From positions 1 through 40,423 of the IMG/VR virus record IMGVR_UViG_3300009852_000007: a stretch of 40,423 nucleotides of DNA; one strand, written 5' to 3'. The stretch comes from a virus. Taxonomy: Duplodnaviria; Caudoviricetes. Below, piece by piece: positions 18,589-26,825 of the stretch (its first letter is position 1; each line of letters begins with the position of its first letter). Made by a program: the position numbers and the translations under genes. The notes under the pieces were generated by a model. The model worked only from the letters and a program-made list of their open reading frames with translations, ran no database searches and was not told where the DNA came from.

Positions 18589-20279
18589 CCAGCAAGTCCA
18601 AACTCTTTAATCTCAACAGGGAAGGGCACAGTTCCAAACTGGGGGTGGAAGGCAGAGACGTTTTCCATGACTTCACGAATCTTCGGAAGCCAGTAATCCT
18701 CTCGGCCTTTCGCAATCTCAAAGACAACTGAGTCGTGAACCTGAAGAAGCATCCGGCATTCCTGCCAGTCGATAACTTCATCAAGAGCCAACATCACGGA
18801 CTTCACAAGCTCAGCAGCACCGCCTTGAAGCAGACTATTGAACGCCTTATAGCTCTCCCGGCGCGTGAGATGCCTTCTCCGGCCCGTCCACAGCGCGATG
18901 TACCCTCTACGTTCAGAGAGCCGTCCAGCCTTCCCAGAAGCCTTCTGAATCTCGGGGTAGTTGTTGAACCAGTCGGCTCGCATCTTCATGGCGTCATCAG
19001 CCGGGATGCCGAACAGGTCAGAGATGCGCTTGACTCCACCGCCGTACAGCGTGGCGTACGTGAAGGTCTTACAGTTCTGGCGTGGCCACCCAAGCTGCTC
19101 AGCCATGGCGTCGAAGGGCTTGAAGCCATTCCTCAGCGGCTCAACAAGGTTTTCATCCTTGCTATAGACGGCCGCCATCCTCAGCTCAAGGTTTGAGTAG
19201 TCTGCTTCAAAGAGTCGGTAGCCCGGTCGCGGTCGAAAAGCTCTCTTAAGAGATCCGTTCCAACGCTTTGGAGAACTTCGAGGGATCTGCTGGAGATTTG
19301 GCTTCTCACAGGAGAGACGTCCGGATCGTGTTCCGTGAAGCTTGAAATTAGGGTGAACTGTTCCGTTGCCGGATTGAAGCTCAAGGTAAGAGCGATAGTT
19401 GCTAGATATGGTTTTCTGCCATCCCCGGTATTCGAGGATTTTCTTCGCTGTGGGGTCGTTTCGTTGCTCAAGGATTCCCTCGAAAAGTTCCATTGCTTCT
19501 TTGTCGAATGAAGGCTTGCCAGTAGGTGTGAGCTTCTGCGGTGGCAAACCCATCTCGTCAATGAGAAGCTTCTTTAAGTCAGCACCAGACATCGGATTAG
19601 CTTTGAGATCATCCTTGATCTCCTGCATCCGCTTCGTGCCAAACTCGATTTCCTGTTCGCAGAGATCCTGATCGATGGAGACTCCCAGCTTCTCCATTCT
19701 CATAATGAGATCGGTGAACCTGCGTTCCCTATCCCACAGGTCACCGTCGTATCCTTCGGCCTTGAAAATGGGATGGACCTTCTCATGGATGAACAGAGCT
19801 AAGGCAGAGTCAACCTGTGCGTACTCTTCAATAACGTCACTGGGGATTGCCTCCCACCCGCCCCATTTGAGGAAGCGATCCATGAGGCGACTCTTGACCT
19901 TAGGCTCACCTCCGTAATGCTTACTCACATAATCAAGACCCTTGTTTGGCAGGTTCTCGTTGACGAAGTGAGTCTCCAGCATCGTGCAGTAGTAGAGCTT
20001 GCCCCTAATATTGATGCCCAGATCTTCGAGTGCCAGGATGTCATGCTTGGCGTTGTGCATGACAGGAATAACGTCTTCCCGCTCAAGCCAGTACTTGATG
20101 TACTCCCTGGCACCGTAGAACGTAGGAAGCGGATGATTCCACCCGATTGTGTGCTGGAAAGGGAAGTAGTCTCCACCATTAACCGTCGTGGCAATGGAGA
20201 TGCCCGTTGTCTTAGCCAGTGGATCGTGCCGGTAGTCGCGCCCGTTCGACTCAGTGTCTACACCGATGAAGACCGTCAC
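18585..20279 (-). CDS. polA: DNA polymerase family A with 3'-5' exonuclease
   Basis: ExoI DTE, 'HNAKHD', 'YAQVD'; 'TRSGRLS...PNLQQIP', 'DYSNLELR', 'K...Y...YG', 'QGGAAE', 'VHDS'; GTG start coupled to upstream TGA. Confidence 0.95.
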   Translation of the reverse strand: MTVFIGVDTESNGRDYRHDPLAKTTGISIATTVNGGDYFPFQHTIGWNHPLPTFYGAREYIKYWLEREDVIPVMHNAKHDILALEDLGINIRGKLYYCTMLETHFVNENLPNKGLDYVSKHYGGEPKVKSRLMDRFLKWGGWEAIPSDVIEEYAQVDSALALFIHEKVHPIFKAEGYDGDLWDRERRFTDLIMRMEKLGVSIDQDLCEQEIEFGTKRMQEIKDDLKANPMSGADLKKLLIDEMGLPPQKLTPTGKPSFDKEAMELFEGILEQRNDPTAKKILEYRGWQKTISSNYRSYLELQSGNGTVHPNFKLHGTRSGRLSCEKPNLQQIPRSSPKRWNGSLKRAFRPRPGYRLFEADYSNLELRMAAVYSKDENLVEPLRNGFKPFDAMAEQLGWPRQNCKTFTYATLYGGGVKRISDLFGIPADDAMKMRADWFNNYPEIQKASGKAGRLSERRGYIALWTGRRRHLTRRESYKAFNSLLQGGAAELVKSVMLALDEVIDWQECRMLLQVHDSVVFEIAKGREDYWLPKIREVMENVSAFHPQFGTVPFPVEIKEFGLAG

Positions 20280-20368
20280 TTCTTTTCGTTTCTCCACTCG
20301 ATAACGCTGAGGATTCCCATGCACACCATCATGTACAGGAAGACGAACCAGTAGAAGTTGCTCAGCAT
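20276..20368 (-). CDS. 30-aa single-TM microprotein
   Basis: MLSNFYWFVFLYMMVCMGILSVIEWRNEKK; GGGAG RBS; GTGA overlap with polA. Confidence 0.55.
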   Translation of the reverse strand: MLSNFYWFVFLYMMVCMGILSVIEWRNEKK

Positions 20369-20398
20369 GACTACTCCCTATGGGGGTGGATGGCATAG

Positions 20399-20432
20399 AA
20401 AAAAGGGGCCTCACCGAAGCGAGACCCCTTTT
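20399..20432 (-). terminator. Intrinsic terminator
   Basis: GGGG-rich stem with T-run on minus strand. Confidence 0.7.
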
Positions 20433-20506
20433 CTTACTGCAACTGCGACAGTAACCCTACGAACAGACTGAGGATGCTGAACTTAAAGGCACTGTATAAG
20501 TAGGAC

Positions 20507-21007
20507 TTAGTTAACAGTGTAACCATTCTCGAAGTCGTACGACTTGTGGAAAACGCGAGAACCCTTCTTCGTGAACCAAACAGTGTCACGCAGGTTGTTG
20601 AGGAAATGTCCATGGTACCCACAGTGCGAGGGCGAGTTAACGTAACGGTATACGTAGCTGTCGTTCGAAGTGGGGGTGCCATCACCCACGTAGATCCGAA
20701 GCGTCTGGTTTGGCTTCAGAGTGACATCCTGGACATCATAGCGGTTGCACGTGTTGCCCTTAGTATTGTGGCCCCAGTCGTCTTCAAGGACGAAGCCTTC
20801 CAGGTTAGCATCGCTCTTGCCGACGTTCTTGATGTCCACAAATTCCTTGTTGCGGTTGAACCGCGTGTCGTTGCCACGCGCGTTGTAACCGATCTGAGTA
20901 ATCTCCAGATCCTCGCTGTCAACAGTAGCGTTCGCGTTACCGTTGGTGAAAGCAATGAACGCCAGAGAGAGAACCGCAAGAGCGATTCCCGAGAGTGCCT
21001 TACGCAT
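20507..21007 (-). CDS. Secreted lamin-tail-domain (LTD) protein
   Basis: Signal peptide ending ANA; 'EITQIGYN..G.D...N.EFVDIKN......LEGFVLED', 'TLKPNQTLRIYVG.G', 'NN..DTV'. Confidence 0.75.
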   Translation of the reverse strand: MRKALSGIALAVLSLAFIAFTNGNANATVDSEDLEITQIGYNARGNDTRFNRNKEFVDIKNVGKSDANLEGFVLEDDWGHNTKGNTCNRYDVQDVTLKPNQTLRIYVGDGTPTSNDSYVYRYVNSPSHCGYHGHFLNNLRDTVWFTKKGSRVFHKSYDFENGYTVN

Positions 21008-21094
21008 TTCTGCCTTTCATTTCGGGACATTACGTGGTGGGGTACCGCCTCCCACCTCGCTAGCCTCACTCCAAATGCTAGCCCCACCTAAGAT

Positions 21095-21340
21095 CTACTC
21101 GAACTTGCTCGATGGGCGCTTAGTGAAGTGTTCCCGCTGCCACTTTTCCATCACATCGATGTTCTCAATAATTCCTATAATGTGTCCATGCGGAGAACCT
21201 TCTCGCTGACACATAGTCAGGTAGTGCTTAAGAACTTCAGGAGCGAGTTTGTCTTGAGCGCGGATAATGAAAACAGGCTCATCCTCAGCGATGTCGCCAT
21301 GCTCAGTTGTAATGTGGCCGTATTTGAGACTATAAGCCAT
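21095..21340 (-). CDS. Hypothetical protein
   Basis: 'DEPVFIIRAQDKLAP' recurrent phage motif; RBS. Confidence 0.65.
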   Translation of the reverse strand: MAYSLKYGHITTEHGDIAEDEPVFIIRAQDKLAPEVLKHYLTMCQREGSPHGHIIGIIENIDVMEKWQREHFTKRPSSKFE

Positions 21341-21517
21341 TGCTACTACCTAAATTGAATTAGTGCCCCCAGGTGCTTCCATGGATTGTCTTCCCTATCC
21401 GTCTTTGGGTGTCGGGAAGGTCCCACCTGGGGGCACTAGAATGTTGTGCGCCTTAACCCCTCATCGCACTTGTCCGCCCACTGGCCTTATGCTACCTAAG
21501 CGGACTTCCCACAAAAA

Positions 21518-21967
21518 TCAGATCAGCTCAACGGACTTAATGTTGATGCCCTTCTGAGTAACCTCACGACCGGCATCGTTGGTCCGAGTCCGACTCCAAG
21601 TCTCGACAACAACCGAGACCTGCTTGCCAACGAGAGAATCGAAATCGTCGAAGTTCGTAATCTTGTTCTCAGGAACACCCAGCGACATCAGCCGGTTGTG
21701 CTTGGCCCGAACGGAGCGACGGGCACGAGAACGCTCCTCAGAGGACAGCTCGCGGAAGTCCTCCTTCTTCAGGTGGCCGAAGTCCTGGAACATTTCCGTG
21801 AACTCTTCGCCATCCAGGTCGTTGTTCTCGTCGTCAACGACGTACGAGATCTTAAACCAGACGCGGCCGTCCTTGCCGTTAATCAGTTCGCAGGAATCAA
21901 CGACGCAAGTGTGCGTGCCTTCCTCATCAGTGTTGGCGAGAAAAGCCTCAAGGGAGTCGCTAGCCAC
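21518..21967 (-). CDS. Single-stranded DNA-binding-like protein (DUF669-like)
   Basis: Acidic OB-fold-like; 'LVGKQVSVVV'; follows AAA recombinase. Confidence 0.55.
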   Translation of the reverse strand: MASDSLEAFLANTDEEGTHTCVVDSCELINGKDGRVWFKISYVVDDENNDLDGEEFTEMFQDFGHLKKEDFRELSSEERSRARRSVRAKHNRLMSLGVPENKITNFDDFDSLVGKQVSVVVETWSRTRTNDAGREVTQKGINIKSVELI

Positions 21968-22760
21968 TGTTCCTTACACTCCAATTCCGGATGATTGTTG
22001 GGAGTTCGTCTGCGTCAACTACGCGGTTGTCTAAGTCTTTAATGCGAGACTTGACTTCTTCTTTAGTGCTGTCGGTTCGAAATGAAACTTCCCTCTTTGC
22101 TCCCGTCCTTGTCACGTGACCAATAAGACCCACATACTTAGCGACAAGTCTGTAAGTCTGAGAAGGAAGGTCTGCACGCAAAGCCGGAAGGGGAGTGCGG
22201 GTTGCTCGGGACTTATTCTCATCTGCCCAAGAGGGTTCTCTAACGTGAGCGAGCAAGATGAGATTAATAGGCAGCGAACACAGCTCTCGCAGTGCCGGAC
22301 GAATACCATCCCTGAGGAACCGGTAATCATCTGTACCCGCTACTTCGAGTTTACGCAACCCTGATCCCGGTTTTGGCTCTGCCTTGGGTCGGGTGTCCTT
22401 GGCCGGTTTATAGCCTGCTACCAGGCCGTCTAGCATCATCTCTACGAGTTCATCGACCGTGTCGATGATCAACGTCTCATGCCCTGGGAACTCCCCCTCA
22501 CGGAAGGCCGTAGCAAGCTCCCCGAGCATGTTGACACCTGCGTAGTCCATGATCGTGGTGCGGGCTAGCAGTTCCGGCCAGTCTTCTAAAGTTTCGTCTC
22601 CAGGCTCAGTAGGAATGTAGAGACAACGTTCCCCAAGCTCTAAAGCAATTCTGACTGAGAGGACTGTCTTGCCAACCCCCGGACTTCCGTAATACAAAGC
22701 TCGGTGCCTACGGTTCCGGGGGTGGGAAGCATCGCGGACATAAGCCGCTAGATCAGACAT
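21960..22760 (-). CDS. AAA_24/Sak4-like ATPase recombinase
   Basis: 'YGSPGVGKT', 'TLIIDTV', 'ILLAH'. Confidence 0.8.
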   Translation of the reverse strand: MSDLAAYVRDASHPRNRRHRALYYGSPGVGKTVLSVRIALELGERCLYIPTEPGDETLEDWPELLARTTIMDYAGVNMLGELATAFREGEFPGHETLIIDTVDELVEMMLDGLVAGYKPAKDTRPKAEPKPGSGLRKLEVAGTDDYRFLRDGIRPALRELCSLPINLILLAHVREPSWADENKSRATRTPLPALRADLPSQTYRLVAKYVGLIGHVTRTGAKREVSFRTDSTKEEVKSRIKDLDNRVVDADELPTIIRNWSVRNSG

Positions 22761-22839
22761 TCACAATCCATTCGTAGGTCAGCCACGCAATAACACAAGC
22801 GGCCAACGCAACGACAACGATTAAAGCCAGATCTTTCAT
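22753..22839 (-). CDS. 28-aa single-TM microprotein
   Basis: MKDLALIVVVALAACVIAWLTYEWIVNV; ATGA coupling. Confidence 0.5.
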   Translation of the reverse strand: MKDLALIVVVALAACVIAWLTYEWIVNV

Positions 22840-23105
22840 TCTCTCGTTGTCCTGCACTCCGGGTTGAGCGACAGCCCAACGTCCATCAACCGGTCAATGA
22901 TCTTTTCCATGTCTTCCCAGCCAATGCCATTAAGATCCAAGATCTCGCAAGCACACTTGGAAACGAGATGTTCCACCTTCAGGATGTTCGCATTGACGAG
23001 AGCCCGGTTGATGGAATTTTCGAGCTGAAGCTTAACGATAGGAGCGTCAAGCTTGAGAGTTCCACACTTAGTCAAGTTCATCAGTTGATTTATATGACTT
23101 AACAT
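22836..23105 (-). CDS. RNA polymerase alpha C-terminal-domain-like protein
   Basis: 'LDAPIVKLQL..SINRAL..ANI..VEHLV....EILDLNGIG...MEKI..RL..VGLSL' follows the alpha-CTD pattern. Confidence 0.7.
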   Translation of the reverse strand: MLSHINQLMNLTKCGTLKLDAPIVKLQLENSINRALVNANILKVEHLVSKCACEILDLNGIGWEDMEKIIDRLMDVGLSLNPECRTTRE

Positions 23106-23227
23106 CTCTCTTCAATCTTGGGTTTCGATGCAATCTTCACAAGTTCAGAAATGGCGGCAGAACAACTACTCAGATAGAGAAGCATTCCAAGAACAATGCC
23201 AACAACGAGTAGAAGCGAACCTTTCAA
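23099..23227 (-). CDS. 42-aa membrane microprotein
   Basis: TTG start right after upstream stop; hydrophobic N-terminus. Confidence 0.45.
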   Translation of the reverse strand: MKGSLLLVVGIVLGMLLYLSSCSAAISELVKIASKPKIEERC

Positions 23228-24088
23228 TTAGTAGCCGTACTTCCTGTAGAAGGTTGAAGGGTCTTCCGGAGCGAACATATTCGTGATCGTGGCAGACGGA
23301 TCCTTACCCATCAGCTCTTGTCGGCACAGGATGCGGAAATAGCAGAACCCGCAGTCCTTAGCATTGAACCGGCGTGGTGCGTGGTCTTTATACCAAGCGA
23401 CCGGCTGTTCCTTAGCGGCTTTGATCTCGCTGCTGACTGCCAGGTGTTCACGCATGATGTTTTCCATCTGCGTGTCAGTGGGAACTAAGACTTCACGACG
23501 GAAGATCTTGTCAATGTCCTTAATTCCCTCTCGATACCTGATCTGGTTGAGAATACTTCTCCGAACGTTGTAACCAAGCTTGCGGAGAGTCCAGATGTAT
23601 TTGAAAGTCTGGACATGCATACTCAGTTCGTCAGTCGTGAAGAAGTCGTACTTCCACTTGTGATCAAAGATTACGTATTCACCCTCCCAGTTACCATCTT
23701 CGTAGTAAGCCAGGAGATCCAAGGTGAGGGGGTAGGTCGTGCCGTTCTCCAGAGGGATAGAGAAGACGCTCTCCACCCCCGCAACTTTGAAACGTTCGTT
23801 CTTGTACTTTTCGTGGTATTGCATGAAGCGCTGAGAAACCAACTTCACGATGTCGGGTTCCTCGTGTCCATACGACGCCACGATTTGATTCATACCGGCG
23901 CGGAAGGCATCCTCACGAGAAGCGCCATCCATAATCGCCTGATAGTAGTGCTCAAGAACGTGATGCCCCAACAAACCAATGTGGTTAGCTCTGGAAAGCT
24001 GCTTAGGGTACAGACCTAACGCATATTGGTAATAGTGAAGCCTCTTGCATCTAAGTGCAGTGTCTACTTCGGAGTTTGAGATCAGCAA
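23228..24088 (-). CDS. PD-(D/E)XK Cas4/RecB-like exonuclease
   Basis: 'SNSE....RC', 'G..GH..LE', 'LDL', 'FDHK', 'Q...Y', C-terminal 'C.FCYF..LC'. Confidence 0.8.
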   Translation of the reverse strand: MLISNSEVDTALRCKRLHYYQYALGLYPKQLSRANHIGLLGHHVLEHYYQAIMDGASREDAFRAGMNQIVASYGHEEPDIVKLVSQRFMQYHEKYKNERFKVAGVESVFSIPLENGTTYPLTLDLLAYYEDGNWEGEYVIFDHKWKYDFFTTDELSMHVQTFKYIWTLRKLGYNVRRSILNQIRYREGIKDIDKIFRREVLVPTDTQMENIMREHLAVSSEIKAAKEQPVAWYKDHAPRRFNAKDCGFCYFRILCRQELMGKDPSATITNMFAPEDPSTFYRKYGY

Positions 24089-24346
24089 TTAGGGTATTTC
24101 TTTTCGATGCTGCCCACGGTCGGGACTAATGGTCATGGTGATCGGGCCAGTGTCGGGATCGCTGTCTCGAAAGCGTTGAACCATGGCAGCAAGGGCTTGA
24201 TAGCCATTGTCACCAAAGCCTGCAAACTTCGACCCATCGGAAGTGACCATTTCACACTTCCATTGCCCGTTGTCTTCCTGTGGGGCACGAATCAAAAGTT
24301 CAAAATAAGAAGGGGTTGCAAGAAAGTCACTTGGACTTTGGCTCAC
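24089..24346 (-). CDS. Hypothetical protein
   Basis: GTG start with GAGGAG RBS. Confidence 0.5.
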   Translation of the reverse strand: MSQSPSDFLATPSYFELLIRAPQEDNGQWKCEMVTSDGSKFAGFGDNGYQALAAMVQRFRDSDPDTGPITMTISPDRGQHRKEIP

Positions 24347-24482
24347 GTGGCCACTCCTCAAAACAACTGTGACATTCGTGATCTCGCCTATGCCCGTTGA
24401 CCAACTTGCAGACGTGATTGGTCTGGCCGTGGTCTGGACAACCTGGCTTCTCAGCTAGGCATAATCTTCTGCGTGGTGACAT
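24327..24482 (-). CDS. 51-aa Cys/His-rich hypothetical protein
   Basis: MSPRRRLC...CPDH...HVC...H..DHECHSC; TGATG coupling. Confidence 0.5.
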   Translation of the reverse strand: MSPRRRLCLAEKPGCPDHGQTNHVCKLVNGHRRDHECHSCFEEWPREPKSK

Positions 24483-24802
24483 CATCGCCTGCCCCTAGCT
24501 AGTTTCTGAAAAAGGGTCTGACCGCCGCGCTTAGCTGCTGAGTCCATCTCTTTTTTGATGACTTTTTCGGCGCGCGCTTCATCCCCGCCAAGCTTCTTAA
24601 TAAGCTCTTTTCGGGCTTTGCGGTCACCGCCAATTGCCTTGGCAGCTAAGCGACGATTTTCTTCGATATTGTCGATCGGGTCACGCACACTACGAATACG
24701 TGCTGTCTGCTGAGTCTTTCGACAGTCGCCACAGATGTGTCCGCGTGCGGCAACTTCTCGTCTTTTGCAATCTTTGCAGAAGTACTGTTTGTTTCTAGAC
24801 AT
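24482..24802 (-). CDS. Basic Zn-finger hypothetical protein
   Basis: CKDC...CGDC plus basic helical tail. Confidence 0.55.
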   Translation of the reverse strand: MSRNKQYFCKDCKRREVAARGHICGDCRKTQQTARIRSVRDPIDNIEENRRLAAKAIGGDRKARKELIKKLGGDEARAEKVIKKEMDSAAKRGGQTLFQKLARGRR

Positions 24803-25028
24803 CCCACAGCTCAAACATCAGTCGGCGCATATCGAGAGTTACGTTCGTGACGAAGCATCCACGGCAGAGGAACAGCATTGCCACAATGCGGTTCAGTGGG
24901 TCCTGAGTTCCGACCGGGAAGATGTCCTCGCGGGGGGTGGAACGCTTACACATGTTGCACTCCACCTCCGTAGGGATTTCAGTAGAGAAATTGACCTCAA
25001 CAATGTCGTCGGTCTTCGTGTCTGCCAT
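24795..25028 (-). CDS. Hypothetical protein (CxxC...CxxC)
   Basis: AAGGAG RBS before ATG at 25028. Confidence 0.6.
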   Translation of the reverse strand: MADTKTDDIVEVNFSTEIPTEVECNMCKRSTPREDIFPVGTQDPLNRIVAMLFLCRGCFVTNVTLDMRRLMFELWDV

Positions 25029-25107
25029 TACAGCTCCTTTGTTTGTTGTTGTATTGCTAAGTGAGTGTGAGGGGTTTGACCCCCTCACACCCTGTTGGTT
25101 AGGCCAA

Positions 25108-25479
25108 CTACTCCGTAACCTCAATCCACTCGGGATGGGCGACTAGAAGCTGAACAAGCTCCCACTCTTCAGCGCTGTTGGTGCGTCCGTTCTTCTTTTT
25201 CTTCCAGCCACTGTCAGGGGGAGGCTTGAGGGCACTGTGCTTAGCCCTGAAAGGGCCGTTGTAACGTGTGCGACCGGTACGGTGGTTTTTCCACTTCCCG
25301 ACGTAAACGATGTCGGGAAGAACCGACTCCATACCGGCCGTGTAGCACTTGTGCTCAACAAAAGTGCTCGTACGGGTATCGAACCTGTACAGCTTTCCAC
25401 CGGTCCTGAAGAGCTTCTTCGCCACACACTCCGGAGTAACCGGGCAGTGGTCAAGCTCTTCGATGTTAGGCAGACCCAT
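25108..25479 (-). CDS. Hypothetical protein
   Basis: GGAGGT RBS; operon position. Confidence 0.6.
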   Translation of the reverse strand: MGLPNIEELDHCPVTPECVAKKLFRTGGKLYRFDTRTSTFVEHKCYTAGMESVLPDIVYVGKWKNHRTGRTRYNGPFRAKHSALKPPPDSGWKKKKNGRTNSAEEWELVQLLVAHPEWIEVTE

Positions 25480-26320
25480 TGGTGGGGACCTCCATTCTCT
25501 CCCTTGTCATGTAACCCTTAGGGAAGTGAAGACGAGTAATCTTCTCCCCGCGAACAAATGCGTTCCACGCCTGAAAGACGAGATGCATAAGCTCATTGCG
25601 CGAACGGAGATTATCCCGTTCGTCGTAAAGCCGGTTCCGAAGGGTATATGCGGGATCTCCCCGACCGATGTTCTCACCCTCCGCTGCTGCGACCAGGAAT
25701 GTGTGCGCCTTCTCCATGTCGATTCTGTAGAGCACCCACCATGAGAATGCCCACAGAGAAGCAGGAAGGTCGATACGCCGGTTCGTGCTCATCGCAAGCT
25801 GAAGAGCGCGATTGATGGAGTCCACATGCTGATCGTGAACTTCGTCGGCTTCCGCATTAGTCATACGCTTTGAGTCATCAAGACTCAGACCAGCGTCCCA
25901 CTTAGCGATAAGCCGAACCAGCGAGCTACGAAGGGTGACGTTAGTAAATCCGCGCCTACGAAGGTTGTCTCTGTAAGTACGCGGAAGACCGGTGTCTGTG
26001 GTGTTGTAAGCCTTCTCAGGAAGACCGGCAACGAAGAGGAAAGTCTGAATAGTCTCAGACTCGATAACAGCGTGCAAACGATGCTGACCGTCGAAGAGCT
26101 TGCCGTCTTCAGGAGAACCGCTCAGCCGGATCGGTGAACCGTCGAAGTTCCAATGTCCTGCCGCCATATCGCGAGCAAGACCTTCGGCATACCTCGGACG
26201 GTACTTCCGGTAGTCCTCGTGGTAGGTAGCGAGCAGTTCCTTAGCACGCTCAGGACCAACAGTCTCAAACCAGACGACTACATCACCATTCTTAAGGTGA
26301 GAAGTAGTGTCTCTAAACAT
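25466..26320 (-). CDS. ParB-like (DGQHR) domain protein
   Basis: 'W.FDGSPI', 'LFDGQHRLHAVIES', 'DTG..RT'. Confidence 0.7.
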   Translation of the reverse strand: MFRDTTSHLKNGDVVVWFETVGPERAKELLATYHEDYRKYRPRYAEGLARDMAAGHWNFDGSPIRLSGSPEDGKLFDGQHRLHAVIESETIQTFLFVAGLPEKAYNTTDTGLPRTYRDNLRRRGFTNVTLRSSLVRLIAKWDAGLSLDDSKRMTNAEADEVHDQHVDSINRALQLAMSTNRRIDLPASLWAFSWWVLYRIDMEKAHTFLVAAAEGENIGRGDPAYTLRNRLYDERDNLRSRNELMHLVFQAWNAFVRGEKITRLHFPKGYMTRERMEVPTNGSA

Positions 26321-26504
26321 AATCAGACCTCTTTGCGAATCTTACGAATAGCTGTCGGCGTAGGTGCCAGTCCCTCATCACACATCTCGTAGCGAGAATG
26401 AATGGGGTTCCATCCCTGAACGACCGGGATATCCTTAGTTTCCTCACCTCCCTTCAGGCGGAACGGATATGAAGACCGAACATGGCTTGTGTGAGTGCAG
26501 ACCA

Positions 26505-26600
26505 TTAGTAAGGAAGCTTCTTTCCGCTCGGAGTCCTAAGGTCAATGTCTTTCGAGTCCTTAGGCTTCTTTGGCTTCTTAATCCTGACTTGTTTTGTCAT
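26505..26600 (-). CDS. 31-aa Lys-rich microprotein
   Basis: MTKQVRIKKPKKPKDSKDIDLRTPSGKKLPY; overlaps upstream ORF. Confidence 0.35.
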   Translation of the reverse strand: MTKQVRIKKPKKPKDSKDIDLRTPSGKKLPY

Positions 26601-26727
26601 CGGAATACATCACCAAGCAGATAGCGCACGGGCATTTCTTGCCAGGGTGTTCTTCTTCAATAGTCTTCTTGATCAGCTTCTCAACTTTGCGAACCCCTAG
26701 GGGTATTGCACCAAACACGTCTGACAC
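26578..26727 (-). CDS. 49-aa HPGKxCPCxxC microprotein B
   Basis: GTG with AAGGA RBS; shares motif with upstream microprotein. Confidence 0.5.
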   Translation of the reverse strand: MSDVFGAIPLGVRKVEKLIKKTIEEEHPGKKCPCAICLVMYSDDKTSQD

Positions 26728-26825
26728 GGACAGTCCTTTCCAGGATGGTTAAGCTCAACAGCGTGGTTGTAGAGGATTTCCCACTCTTCAGCATTCAGAT
26801 CCGGATCCGGGCTTTCTTCCGTCAT
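26697..26825 (-). CDS. 42-aa HPGKxCPCxxC microprotein A
   Basis: ATGA coupling to helicase; GGAGG RBS. Confidence 0.55.
   Translation of the reverse strand: MTEESPDPDLNAEEWEILYNHAVELNHPGKDCPCQTCLVQYP

Noticed and set aside
20280..20414. Long N-terminal extension of PolA in the ORF track
   Set aside because: Runs into a terminator and a separate TM micro-ORF; GTG at 20279 sits just before the ExoI motif
26323..26505. Hammerhead-like ribozyme or 60-aa ORF
   Set aside because: No complete CUGAUGA/GAAA core with three helices could be built; ORF has no motif. Left uncalled
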